Positions 50,757-61,600 of a stretch of DNA of 64,000 nt are shown here, piece after piece. The DNA is from Candidatus Poribacteria bacterium (lineage in GTDB: Bacteria; Poribacteria; WGA-4E; PCPOR2b). The first letter of the stretch is position 1, and the number at the start of each line of letters is the position of its first letter. A program made the translations under genes and the position numbers. Under the pieces are notes generated by a model. The model had not been told where the DNA came from. It was given only the letters and a program-made list of their open reading frames with translations, and did no database searches. The stretch covers positions 288,001-352,000 of the forward strand of contig OZ240245.1 of assembly GCA_965198175.1 (NCBI GenBank). The letters run 5' to 3'.

Positions 50757-51980
50757 ATGAATATTCTTTTCCTATCTATAACAGTTCCTTTCCCACCCAA
50801 CGATGGCGGACGCATTCGCATATTTAACTTACTCAAGCAGATCGCCTCCAAAAATCAGATTTCCTTTCTAGCACTGGAAACAACACCGACGGATGGCGAA
50901 GGAATTGCCTATCTTCGCGACTTGGGAATTGACGCCTATCTGATTCAACAAGCCCCGAATTTGCCGCCATTGCGTCCGAACACTGCATTACGCGCCTTTA
51001 TAAAAAGACAACCTATTACCGTCGCCCGCTACTATTTCCCCGCATTCAAACAGAAATTGCACTCGCTGTTGTCGCACAATACCTTTGATCTGATTGACCA
51101 CGAATACCTTCATACGGCACCATATCGCGTAAAGACGGATTTGCCCACGTTGCTCACTGCGCATAATGTGGATTCCCATATTTGGTTTCGGTTATGCCAA
51201 CAGACAGATAATCCCGTACGAAAATTTCTATTCTGGACACAGAAATGCCTCTTTGATCGATACGAACGCAGGATACTCCCAAAATTCGATGCAATTGCTT
51301 GCACCTCCGAAACCGATCGCGCCGTACTTGAGCGCATCTGCCCTAATGTCACCATTGAGGTCATCCCCAATGGGGTGGACCTTGAGTTGTATCAACCAAA
51401 CCATGCGCTTGAGGAGGAAGCCTCGTTAGTTTTCACCGGCAGTATGGATTGGTATCCAAACGAGGACGCCGTAATCTATTTCGCGGATGAGATTTTTCCA
51501 CTGATTAAAGCAAGGCGGGCAGATGTGAAATTTTACATCGTTGGACAGTATCCTACGAATCGAGTGCGAAAACTGGCTGGGCAACCGGGGATAATCGTCA
51601 CTGGGCGCGTGGAAGATCCCAAACCGTATATCGCGCGTGCAACGGTTTACGTCGTACCCCTACGGGTTGGCAGCGGGACACGGCTGAAAATCCTTGAAGC
51701 GCTCGCAATGGAAAAAGCTGTTGTATCAACGACAGTAGGTGAGGAAGGCTTAAATCTAATTGACGGTGAAGAAATTATCATCAGCGACGAACCAGCGCGC
51801 TTTGCCGATGCCGTCGTTCAACTCATTGGGGATAAACAGATGCGACGGCAGCTCGGAAAAAAAGGCTGGAAGCATGTCGAGGCTGATTACGATTGGCGGC
51901 GAATCGGCGAGAAATTGCATCAGTTTTATGAATCAATCGTAACCAATCACTCTACTAATAACACCTGTAGTTGCAGATGA
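50757..51980 (+). CDS. Glycosyltransferase family 4
   Basis: MNILFLS..PFPP..GG..R, IPNGVD, PLRVGSGTRLKILEALA. Confidence 0.92.
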   Translation: MNILFLSITVPFPPNDGGRIRIFNLLKQIASKNQISFLALETTPTDGEGIAYLRDLGIDAYLIQQAPNLPPLRPNTALRAFIKRQPITVARYYFPAFKQKLHSLLSHNTFDLIDHEYLHTAPYRVKTDLPTLLTAHNVDSHIWFRLCQQTDNPVRKFLFWTQKCLFDRYERRILPKFDAIACTSETDRAVLERICPNVTIEVIPNGVDLELYQPNHALEEEASLVFTGSMDWYPNEDAVIYFADEIFPLIKARRADVKFYIVGQYPTNRVRKLAGQPGIIVTGRVEDPKPYIARATVYVVPLRVGSGTRLKILEALAMEKAVVSTTVGEEGLNLIDGEEIIISDEPARFADAVVQLIGDKQMRRQLGKKGWKHVEADYDWRRIGEKLHQFYESIVTNHSTNNTCSCR

Positions 51981-52011
51981 GACCATTTTGAGCGCAATAG
52001 CGTCTGTCAGA

Positions 52012-52866
52012 CTATTGACTGTACCAGTTATGGATGACGTAAACCGGATCGGAAGTTATTTCAAGCCGAATCTTAGCGTTATCGGCATCCGCAGTGAACT
52101 CATTTCGTAGCGTATTCGGAACATTCGCATCCATATCTGGATCGACTCGCAGCCTTGCCAAATCCCAACGTAGATTCTCACTGCTTGCCACAACCACATG
52201 CGGGTACGCTGCAACTAGCGAGACCCGTTGTAATCCCTCGTTTTTTCGTTCTAAGGTCAAATCTGAAACCACAAAGTGAATCGTTTGGAAAACGTCCCGC
52301 ATTTCAGCACGGTAGGCATACCGAGAAACGGACAGCGTATCATCTATTCGGCCACCCAGATTCGCTAGCGATAGCGACCGGGTTGAGCTTATCGCTTTCA
52401 CCATTTTATTTGAAAACACCCCAAAACCGAAGCGCATGAGTTTCAAATTGCCAAGGAAGTGATCTGTTTCATACCCATTCGACTGAGGCAACCCGCCGTA
52501 GATGATTATCTGGGCGCAGTTGAATTCCTTTATTGCATAGGTCGCCGCCAATTGTCCATCTGTATAATCCTTGTCAACCAGACCAACCCACTCGCGGACG
52601 ACCTGCATGCCACCTGCTTGGAATTGCTCAATGCCGCTCGTAGCTTGAACCTCATCCAATGAATCGAGATCTCCGATGAGAACCGTTGGGGCAAACTGAG
52701 TGCCATAGGTCTGATTGACGTTATGAAAAAATTGCAACCCTGCATCAGCGCAGATCAGAGGGTATTTGTTCTCCAATCCCCACTCGATTTCCTGCCTGTA
52801 GAATTCAGGATAGCGAGAATCGTAATTACCGTTCAGAAAGATTAAGGCAGGTTTCATGTTGTGCAT
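52012..52866 (-). CDS. thiN: Thiamine pyrophosphokinase-like protein
   Basis: LNG, ICADAG, IGDLDS, DKDYTD, DHFLGN. Confidence 0.7.
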   Translation of the reverse strand: MHNMKPALIFLNGNYDSRYPEFYRQEIEWGLENKYPLICADAGLQFFHNVNQTYGTQFAPTVLIGDLDSLDEVQATSGIEQFQAGGMQVVREWVGLVDKDYTDGQLAATYAIKEFNCAQIIIYGGLPQSNGYETDHFLGNLKLMRFGFGVFSNKMVKAISSTRSLSLANLGGRIDDTLSVSRYAYRAEMRDVFQTIHFVVSDLTLERKNEGLQRVSLVAAYPHVVVASSENLRWDLARLRVDPDMDANVPNTLRNEFTADADNAKIRLEITSDPVYVIHNWYSQ

Positions 52867-52967
52867 CTCGAACCGTTTTTCTCTGCCGACTTACAAATAC
52901 CATCGGGTATCACAAGTCAGGAAACGCAAGAAAAGCTGATATGGTAGAAAGGGAAGTTTCTGAAACC

Positions 52968-53085
52968 GATCAAGCAAACGAATAGATCAACCGAACGGAT
53001 AGTGAGGGCGATAGTTCTTCATAGAGATTTTAGGCGATAGGCTTCACTCACAAAACTATCACCCTCACTATCCGTTCGGTTGATC
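52968..53085. repeat. Palindromic repeat family copy
   Basis: GATCAACCGAACGGATAGTGAGGGCGATAGT...ACTATCACCCTCACTATCCGTTCGGTTGATC. Confidence 0.85.
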
Positions 53086-53325
53086 CCTACAAATACTCAC
53101 CGAAGGTGAGTATAGTATATCATATCTCGTCCTCAACTCAAGTTTTCTTGTTCGTTGGAACTAGTGGCCTAAAGACTTATAGGGCTGACTTAATTTCTGT
53201 CAATCGGATTTACACCGTCGCTCTCTGAACCTAGTGCGCCGCTAGAATTGTCCCTTTGATTTCCAATCGAAATAGAGGACAAGGCAACTCCCACTTGGTT
53301 CGCTAGACATTGAAAGGGGAAAGGA

Positions 53326-54468
53326 TTGTTATCCTGGGGTCGCAATTTTCAGTTATTGGCATGCGCTGTCTTTGGAACCGGCGTGTTTTTCGGCATCCAG
53401 ACGGCGCTTTTTTACAACTTTATTGTGGATCGAATCGGTATTGATTCCGTTGAATTGGGCTATATGGAATCGCTGCGAGAAGTTCCCGGCTTTCTCAATG
53501 CGTTCTTTACAGCCATTACAATCTATTTTGCACCACCGATTCTCAGTGGGTTTGCCCTCATCATCATGGGGTTTGGGATAGCAGCATACTCGCAAGCAAA
53601 TTTATTCCCGGAAGTACTCATCTACTCGTTTATATGGAGCATCGGGTTTCACGCATGGCTGCCCTTACGCGGAGCAATGACGCTTGCATACTCAAAAGGG
53701 CATGAGAAGGGTAAATGGCTTGGTCAATTGAGAAGTGTGGAAAGCTTTGCCACACTAGGAGCAATTTTTCTGTGTTTGTTCGGTGTGAAAGCCTTAGAGT
53801 TTGAAGGACTGTTCCAAATTGGCGGCGGGATGGTTGCCATCGGTGGTGTTGTATTGATGTTCGCTTCGCGTCAGTTGCAAGCCGAGCGCGAGCATCGGCT
53901 TGTACTAAGGAAACGCTATTGGCTCTATTATCTGTTGTCCTTCCTTCAAGGGTGCCGCAGGCAGATTTTCATTACATTTGCGATTTTCGCGCTTGTCAAA
54001 GTGTATGGCACCGATAGAAGCTTAATTATTAGACTGGTTCTGATTAATCAGGTCGTAGTTCTGGTCGTTGCCCCAATTGCAGGTCGGCTTATTGACAAGC
54101 TTGGCGAACGCAGAATGTTGAGTGCTAGTTATATCGGCTTGTTTTTCGTGTTTATAGGTTACGCAGTCTTCAAAAATGCAAATCACTTGTACATACTCTA
54201 CTGTATTGATAATTTCTTGTTTATTGGGGGAATCGCGCTAACCACTTACCTGAACAAAATCGCGCCGAAAAGCGATCTCAAGCCAACGCTTGCAATGGGG
54301 GTAACAATGAACCATATTGCTGCGGTGGCTGTTCCGTTAATCGGCGGACTAGCATGGAAACAATTTGGCTATCAAATCATCTTCATAGGCGGTGCAATTT
54401 TCGTATTAATCTCGCTGATAGCCACACAATGGATTAAAACAACACGAAGCAGCGCCAATTGCCAGTGA
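53326..54468 (+). CDS. MFS transporter
   Basis: About 12 TM segments; GRLIDKLGERR motif A. Confidence 0.88.
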   Translation: MLSWGRNFQLLACAVFGTGVFFGIQTALFYNFIVDRIGIDSVELGYMESLREVPGFLNAFFTAITIYFAPPILSGFALIIMGFGIAAYSQANLFPEVLIYSFIWSIGFHAWLPLRGAMTLAYSKGHEKGKWLGQLRSVESFATLGAIFLCLFGVKALEFEGLFQIGGGMVAIGGVVLMFASRQLQAEREHRLVLRKRYWLYYLLSFLQGCRRQIFITFAIFALVKVYGTDRSLIIRLVLINQVVVLVVAPIAGRLIDKLGERRMLSASYIGLFFVFIGYAVFKNANHLYILYCIDNFLFIGGIALTTYLNKIAPKSDLKPTLAMGVTMNHIAAVAVPLIGGLAWKQFGYQIIFIGGAIFVLISLIATQWIKTTRSSANCQ

Positions 54469-54496
54469 CTAGTGGAGAGTGACTAGCCACTGTCTT

Positions 54497-55594
54497 TCAG
54501 TCAAGGATTTTTATATTCCCGAATCTATCAGTAGTGGCGACGCCCCCGCCGTGTTCATCGATGCCGAGTGTCGCCCGCGATTCGCCTTCTTTGCCAAACG
54601 CATCGACACGTCCGCCGTGTTCAGCGGTGCCGAGTATCGCCTGCGGTTCGCCATCTTTGCCAAACGCAGCGACAGCCCCGCCGTGTTCAGCGGTGCCGAG
54701 TATCGCCTGCAATTTGCCTTCTTTGCCAAACGCAGTGAAAGCCCCGCCGTGGTCATCGATGCCGAGTATCGCCTGCGCTGCGCCATCTTTGCCAAACGCA
54801 TAGACGCCCCCGCCGTGTTCATCGGTGTAGAGCTGCGCTGCCAACTTACCATCTTTGCCATGGACACTGACAGCCCCGCCGTGTTCTTCAATACCGAGCA
54901 ACACAAACGATTTGCCATCTTTGCCAAACGCAGTGAAAGCCCCGCCGTCTTCATTGATGCCGAGTGCCGCCTGCGCTGCGCCATCTTTGCCATACGCATA
55001 GACAGCCCCGCCGTCTTCAGCGATGCCGAGTACCGCCTGCGCTGCGCCATCTTTGCCATACGCATAGACAGCCCCGCCGTCTTCAGCGATGCCGAGTACC
55101 GCCTGCGCTGCGCTATCTTTGCCATACGCATGGACAGCCCCGCCGTGTTCATTGGTGGCGAGTTTCACTGCCAACTTACCATCTTTGTCAAACGCAGCGA
55201 CGCCCCCGCCCTGTTCATCGGTGTAGAGCTGCGCTGCCAACTTACCATCTTTGCCATGGACACGGACAGTCCCGCCGTGTTCACCGATGCCGAGCATCGC
55301 CCGCGGTTCGCCATCTTTGCCATACGCCTCGACACGTCCGCCACTTTCATCGCCTATGATACGCACCCTTCTTACGTTGTCATCAACCAATGCGTCCACC
55401 AGGCGGCTCGCATGGACATCGGTGCTGAGAATCACCCTCGCGTTACCGTCCGCATCAACGACCTCTAGCCTACGACACTGGATTGTGTCAAACTTATCAT
55501 TTTGCGCCGTGCCGGACGACACCACCAACGCCGTGATTATACTGCCTACAATACCGCCAATGATACCGCTGATAACCTGATGTTTCGTGTTCAT
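54497..55594 (-). CDS. Exported protein with twelve 22-aa tandem repeats
   Basis: AAGGAG RBS, N-terminal hydrophobic segment, repeats GGxVxA(F/Y)GKDGxxxAxLGxxE(H/D). Confidence 0.8.
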   Translation of the reverse strand: MNTKHQVISGIIGGIVGSIITALVVSSGTAQNDKFDTIQCRRLEVVDADGNARVILSTDVHASRLVDALVDDNVRRVRIIGDESGGRVEAYGKDGEPRAMLGIGEHGGTVRVHGKDGKLAAQLYTDEQGGGVAAFDKDGKLAVKLATNEHGGAVHAYGKDSAAQAVLGIAEDGGAVYAYGKDGAAQAVLGIAEDGGAVYAYGKDGAAQAALGINEDGGAFTAFGKDGKSFVLLGIEEHGGAVSVHGKDGKLAAQLYTDEHGGGVYAFGKDGAAQAILGIDDHGGAFTAFGKEGKLQAILGTAEHGGAVAAFGKDGEPQAILGTAEHGGRVDAFGKEGESRATLGIDEHGGGVATTDRFGNIKILD

Positions 55595-55679
55595 TGTAAT
55601 CTCCTTTTGGGTTGTTTATAGTCGATACGTTCAAGAAAAAACTCGGTTTCAAATTACAGGGCGGGGAAACCTCTGATTC

Positions 55680-58600
55680 TCACTGAAATTCTCCACGCAC
55701 CGTCACTGAACTCGCTATTGATAAGAAGTCTTGCCCCTCCTCGACATGATCGTTGTTATAGCTGAGACCGAGGTTCAGATTCGCACTCAGGCGCGTGCTT
55801 AGGTTGTACCGTGTACGTAAAGTTGTCTCGTATCGTTCCGATCTCTCCTCCCGATTCGCCCCGAAGTTCTCCCGACGGATAACTGTCGAGAAGGTATTCG
55901 TGAGATCCAGATCGTGCTTGAGAGGAATTCGGCCGAGAATCGGTATTGGAAGTCCCCCTTCTAATCGAAGCCGGTAATCGATGCTGAGATTCGGCGTGAT
56001 AATCAGTGTGGAAGCGTTAATGCCGTTGCTGCGCACCTGATCTCGCATTGTCATGCGAACGCCGAGCGTAGCCTTCGTTGACGCCCCCAGTGATTGACTC
56101 CAACTGATGGATGGTTCTTGTGAGACACTTTCGTTAATCGTCGTATTGATGTTGCTTTGATCGCGCTGCGTATAGCGGTATCTTAACTGAAAGCTGGAGG
56201 TATTGCTGGCATTGAACAGCTTGATGTCTCCTTCATAGCTTGTGGTTTGGGTGTCAGATGAAGTGCTTAGCGATTTCGTAAAACCGATGTTGCGGGAGAT
56301 GTTTGTGCCGAGCGACACCCACGTCCATGGATCGACCGAAGTGCGTAATCCGTAGCGATTTCTCTGCCGAGATTGGGTACGTTCCTCTGTGTCATCTGGG
56401 AGTTCCAGAATATCTCGAATTGAGGTCCCCGGAGGGAGTCCCCGGAGGGAGTCTTGCGTATCAAAACTAACATCAGCATTTAACGCAAGACTCTCCATAC
56501 TTCTACGAAGTAGACTGAATTGTCCTTTGCCCTGTTTGCCCTGCCTCTCCTTAAGCTTGCGTTCTAGTTCAGCTTTGTCTCGGGAAATCCAATCTCCTCT
56601 TTGGCTCTCCGCCTCTTCAATCATCTCCATATCAACATCCATACGTTCAAGTCGTTCGAGCTCGCGTTGTCGTTTCTCTTCCAATTGTACCTCTTCTTCA
56701 AAGCTGTCGAGCGTCCCTTGGCTTTCGCCCTCGTCAACCTCTTCGATATCCGGCTCCCGGAACAACCACCCGAACCATACCCTTGGGCGTATGCTGAGAC
56801 CAAAGCGGATATTCGCGTTGATTCGGGCGTTCTTCTGATTGTGAAACCAGTCTTCACGAAAACTGATGCGATTGTTGATTGTCGGGCGCATGCCAAAAAA
56901 ATCGCGGTTCAAGCGTGGGTTTAGAGAAAGCCGATGTTCACGGCCGCCAATGGTAAACTCCGGTTTGGATTCAGGGGACTCAGGTTCGGGCGTCACCGTT
57001 GGGTCAGTTGTTGTTGAATCTATTTCTGTCGTTGGGGTTGTTTGGAACGGCGTTCCAAAACTAGCGGGACTGAATCCACTTGTGCGCTGGAGATTGTCAT
57101 CGCGCCTTTCGAGTGTACGGCGAATCTCGTATGTCGGATTCAGGCTAAAACTTGCAACCGGACTGATATTGATCGAGATCGAACCGCTGTCAACTTTTTC
57201 ATCTCGGTTACGACCGTAACCATAACCAGAAGATGAAAAGCTACTACCGCCGGTTTCTGTTGCCGTTGATGGATCGACCTCAACATCTTCGTGTCGGTAT
57301 TGCACATCAAGCCCAATTATTTGGCTGAGACCGTATTGGAACGTGGAGGTATAGAGATCACTAATCTCAGTCCCCTGACGTTCGTTCCAGAAGTTCTGTC
57401 GATTATGCGCAAAACCTAAGGCAGGCAAGAATCGGTGCGGATTAAAGCGCGCGGACAAATCACGGTTATGCGTTCTGTTTTTCCCACTTTGAAAAGAGCT
57501 AAACGATCCACGGCGGCTTTCTGTCTCAGATTCCTGTTCGCGGATGGAGTAAGTAATTGGCAGCCAGCGAAAGAGATGGAGATCGGCATCAATATTGTAG
57601 TCGTTACTGGTTGTGCTGAACCCTAAATCCTGTCGACGTTGACGTCCTGTTTCTCCGGATGAACTTTCAAAATCTTTGTCTTGTCTTGCAAACCCGCCGC
57701 GGACACTGAGAATGGGACCAAGCTCAATTGACATGTTGGCGCGCCGCGCCCATCCCGACCGAACTAGTGGGTTACTCAGGTGGATTTCGTTAACCCAAAC
57801 TTCTCCACCAACCTCATGTTCCGTGTCGTTGCGAATGCCGACCAGAATACCGCCGATGCTCTTAATTGAGAGTTGAGAACTGTTTGTCCCGCGGACGACA
57901 AGCCCATCTGGATGACCATCGGTTTTGTTTGAATCTGTTTGCTCCTCCATCTCCTCCCCGGTGCTGTCAGGCGAAATTCCCTCCTGTTGAGCGGGTAAGT
58001 TTAAATCTGGGTATTCATTCCGTTTCACGTCCTCCAAATCGATTTCAATCAGTTCCCAACCTTCAAAATCAATCACGCGAGTATATTCGTAAAAGTCGTT
58101 AAGATTCTCAAAGATATTCACTCCTTCCTCTGGCTGCTGATTCGGATCATCAAAAGGACTCGATGAATACAAGGATGAGCGGTAATTGGTGCGAATGCTC
58201 GGCGCCAACCGCATCACGAACGTCGAGTGACTCTTGTCGCCATAGATCCACAACTTGAGTTTATCATGTTTTGAGAAATCTTGTCCCTCACCTTGCCGGA
58301 GTCCACGCAACTTCTGCGAAGTGACACCGAAAGAACCCGGAAGTAAATTGTAGTTTAACGCCAGTGTTTGTTCGCGCTGCTCCTGCTGGAAACCAAAGAC
58401 ACTGCTGGAAACGAAAGGATGGAGCTTCTTAAATGCCTTGTTGTCTTTAATCTGCTCGTAGGCGTCTTGATAATCATCAAAGTTATAGTTGTCTTTTGTG
58501 GCGACATTAAACACCTCTGTTGTGTCGGTAACAACGTTGCCCTGCCGAGTTACAACGCCCTGTTGCCATTGGTTTCCTACAAGCTCGATCGAAGCCCACT

Positions 58601-61600
58601 CGATAGTCCCACTAACAGTGCCGGGGTTGTTCTTCCGCAGCCAAAAACGGAGGTGTTGCACAAACCCGAGGTTCGGGAGACGGTTGCCTTCAGAGGTCGC
58701 TTCGCGCAGCGGGATGCTCAAGAATGTCCAACCACTCCGATTACGCTTTTTGATCCACTCCTCCGGAATATCGTTCAACGGGATAGCAATCTCGAGGTAA
58801 GCGTCAATTGTGTCCAGTACCCCATCGCCGTTGAGATCTTCGGCATCGAACTCTTTATTTCCCGCGCCAACTCGCCTCGGCTGGAGCGAAGCATCATAAT
58901 CCCACCCTTCATCCTCGCCAGTGTCGAGCGATCCATTCGCACTGAATTTTTGGGATGGGAGCAAATTTTCCAGATCGAGGTCTAGCGTATCAACTTTCCC
59001 GTCCCCGTTCGTATCTTCCAGTTCCTTCGGGAGATCTTCGGAGTCGAGTCGGTTATCAAGATCGCTGTCCTCGCTGACAACGCCGAGATCGAGATATAAC
59101 GTCACATCATCATCGCCACGTACTCGCAGCCATATCTCCAATGCCTCTCGATCGGAAAAGTCAGCCCCTGAGGCTGAAAGTCCATAAGAAAATCCACCCC
59201 ACTCTTCAATGACATCTGTGAAATTATAACCGACTTCCATGACGAGGCGCTGTTCCGTCGATAGTGCGAAGGGGTTAATGGAGGATGCCGGCACGTCACG
59301 GTTCCGCATGTAATTGCCGACAGCTTTGGTATCGTCTTTATCTCTTAGCAGAACGCGAAAGAGGGCGCGATTCTCCGGCGTCAACTCTTCTATGAAGGGT
59401 GGACTACAGACGCGCCAACTATGCTTAAAGGTGGAGACGCTTGTCGCTTCTCTCGCACCTTCCATGCTATCAATCAACGCGACGCCGACGCTGTTGGGGT
59501 TGTTGTGGGAGAATGCTGTCTCGCCACTGAAATCAATTGACAGTGGAAAGTGCTTCACGGCAACAAACGGCATTGGATTCAACAGCCACGCCAGGTTGAA
59601 GCTTCGTCCGAAGCTCGTATTGATGTTAAAAGCTTGCAAACGATTAGGGGCATCGTTCACATCAGGAATACGACTCGGTTTTTGCCCTGTATTCAGAATA
59701 TAGCCTGTCGAGAGGCTAAATCCTTTTCGGAAAACCGGGTTAAAATAGGAGCTTGCGCCCGTGTGAAGCCGTCGTCGGGAACGTCCACCCAAGTTTGAGT
59801 AATCGCCGCCAAATCCACCACCAAAGCCGCCGCGCCCGAATTTATCGCCAAATCCGCCAAAGGAAGTTCCCCTGTCAAAGCGACTGCCCTCTTCACGTCT
59901 ATCATGCCCGCCGCTTAGCCGATCAAATCGATCAGATTGATCTTGTTCATCAGGTGTCTTGGACTTGAGAACGTAGGCATATTCCAACCAAACTCCAGCG
60001 ACAGTTTGCTGCAACGCGCTGCCGAAAGGAGTGCGTTCAAATTCAACTTCGATTTCGTCAAATTCATCGAGTTTAGTAAAGAAGCGGAGGCTCCCCACCT
60101 CATATATCATTGTGTAATCGATATCACGCCGCAGTTCGCGCCCGTTGAGGCGCACTTTTTCGCTGCCCGGAATTACAAAGAGACCCACGTTATGGGTTTC
60201 AGATTGGTAGGCGTAATCGCACACAATTGTATACACCTGATCGGTAGGGCGCGGATTTTCAAGATAGATCAGTTCGTTGTTCAGTTGATCGCGGAACGGA
60301 TAGTAGGGGTTGGTTGGATCGTCAATCACAAATGGTCGCAAGGTGGGAAAGATTAAGAGACCGCGATCGAAATCAATAAACTCCGGATCAACAACTCCAT
60401 CCCCGTTCTCGTCTAGTCCAAAGATTTGAATATAAGGAATCGGCCCGTCAGGCGTCTCGAACGCTTCACCGCCGCCCTGCTGCAAGATTGCAATCTGATA
60501 ATCGCGAGGGTTGATATTTCGGTTGCCGAGATTATACACACGCCGAGCTTCAGTTCCACGCAAGCTCTTATCTTTGAGAACCACGTAACCAATTGCTTCG
60601 CCCTCTTCATCAATGGAGCCATCGCCGTTTTCATCCTCAAAGACATTCCCCGGCTTACCTACCGCTCCGCCGCCATTCCCGAGATGCTCATAGGCAACGA
60701 CAATCCGGTAACTCGCCGAAATTGGCGTTAAGAATTCAATCTCTCCCGTTTCATAGTCGATGTTATAGTCCTGGCCCGGGAATTGGAGGTTGAAATATCC
60801 TTGCACTGTCCGCTGTCCGCCTTGGTTATTGCCCGCGACGTTATCATCAATGTAGATTTCTTCGCTCCCCTTTTTGATTGGAGGATAGGAGTCGTGGAGT
60901 AGACCATCTTCACCCAGTAAAATTGAGTAGAAACGCTCTTTAACGTAGTTCGCATCGGAAATCTGGACGCCGCCGCCATAACCCGATCCCGCACGCCTAG
61001 ATCGCCCACTGAGGCGACGTGTCTCAGAAATGCCCTTACTGCGCGAACCAAACGCCGTCATTTTGACACCACCAAGCGCCGCTACAGCTTCCAGCCCGAA
61101 TAAATTCCGGTTGACGTTCAGAAAACGGGTATTGGGAAGATTCAGCGTAATATCGCCAAAAGAGAGTGTTTTGAGGATGTTGTCCTGTCCGCCCTCGTAC
61201 CAAACGCGAATTTTTTGTTCCTTTGCGCCGCCGAATCCGCCGCTATAGCCGCCGTACCCGCCATAACCGCCGCCCAACGCATCGCCCGAATCGCTATAAT
61301 CGACCTCCACGTGTGTATGTCTCCCGACGCGACCGTGTAGACCAACCTGTAGGGTTTGCCGGATAGTTGGCCCAGAGGCGCGAGGCACACCCCCAAAGCG
61401 AGTCGTCCCAAACCCGCCAAGTCCACTGCCGTAGCCTCCACCATAACCGCCACTCCCATAGCCTCCGCCGAACCCACCCCCGAAATCGTTATAATTATCG
61501 TAGCTGTAGGAAGAGTTCAATCCAAGATCGAGCCCTGAACCGAAACCGCCTTGGTACGAGCCCCCGAAGCGGTTAATGTCGCCCTGACCGAAGTAGTGCG

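Noticed and set aside
54540..55345. Regular DNA repeats resembling a CRISPR array
   Set aside because: 66-nt coding repeats with codon-level variation, no unique spacers and no cas genes.
54479..55468. 329-aa plus-strand ORF antisense to the repeat protein
   Set aside because: Shadow of a repetitive gene; the minus-strand ORF has the RBS and export signal.
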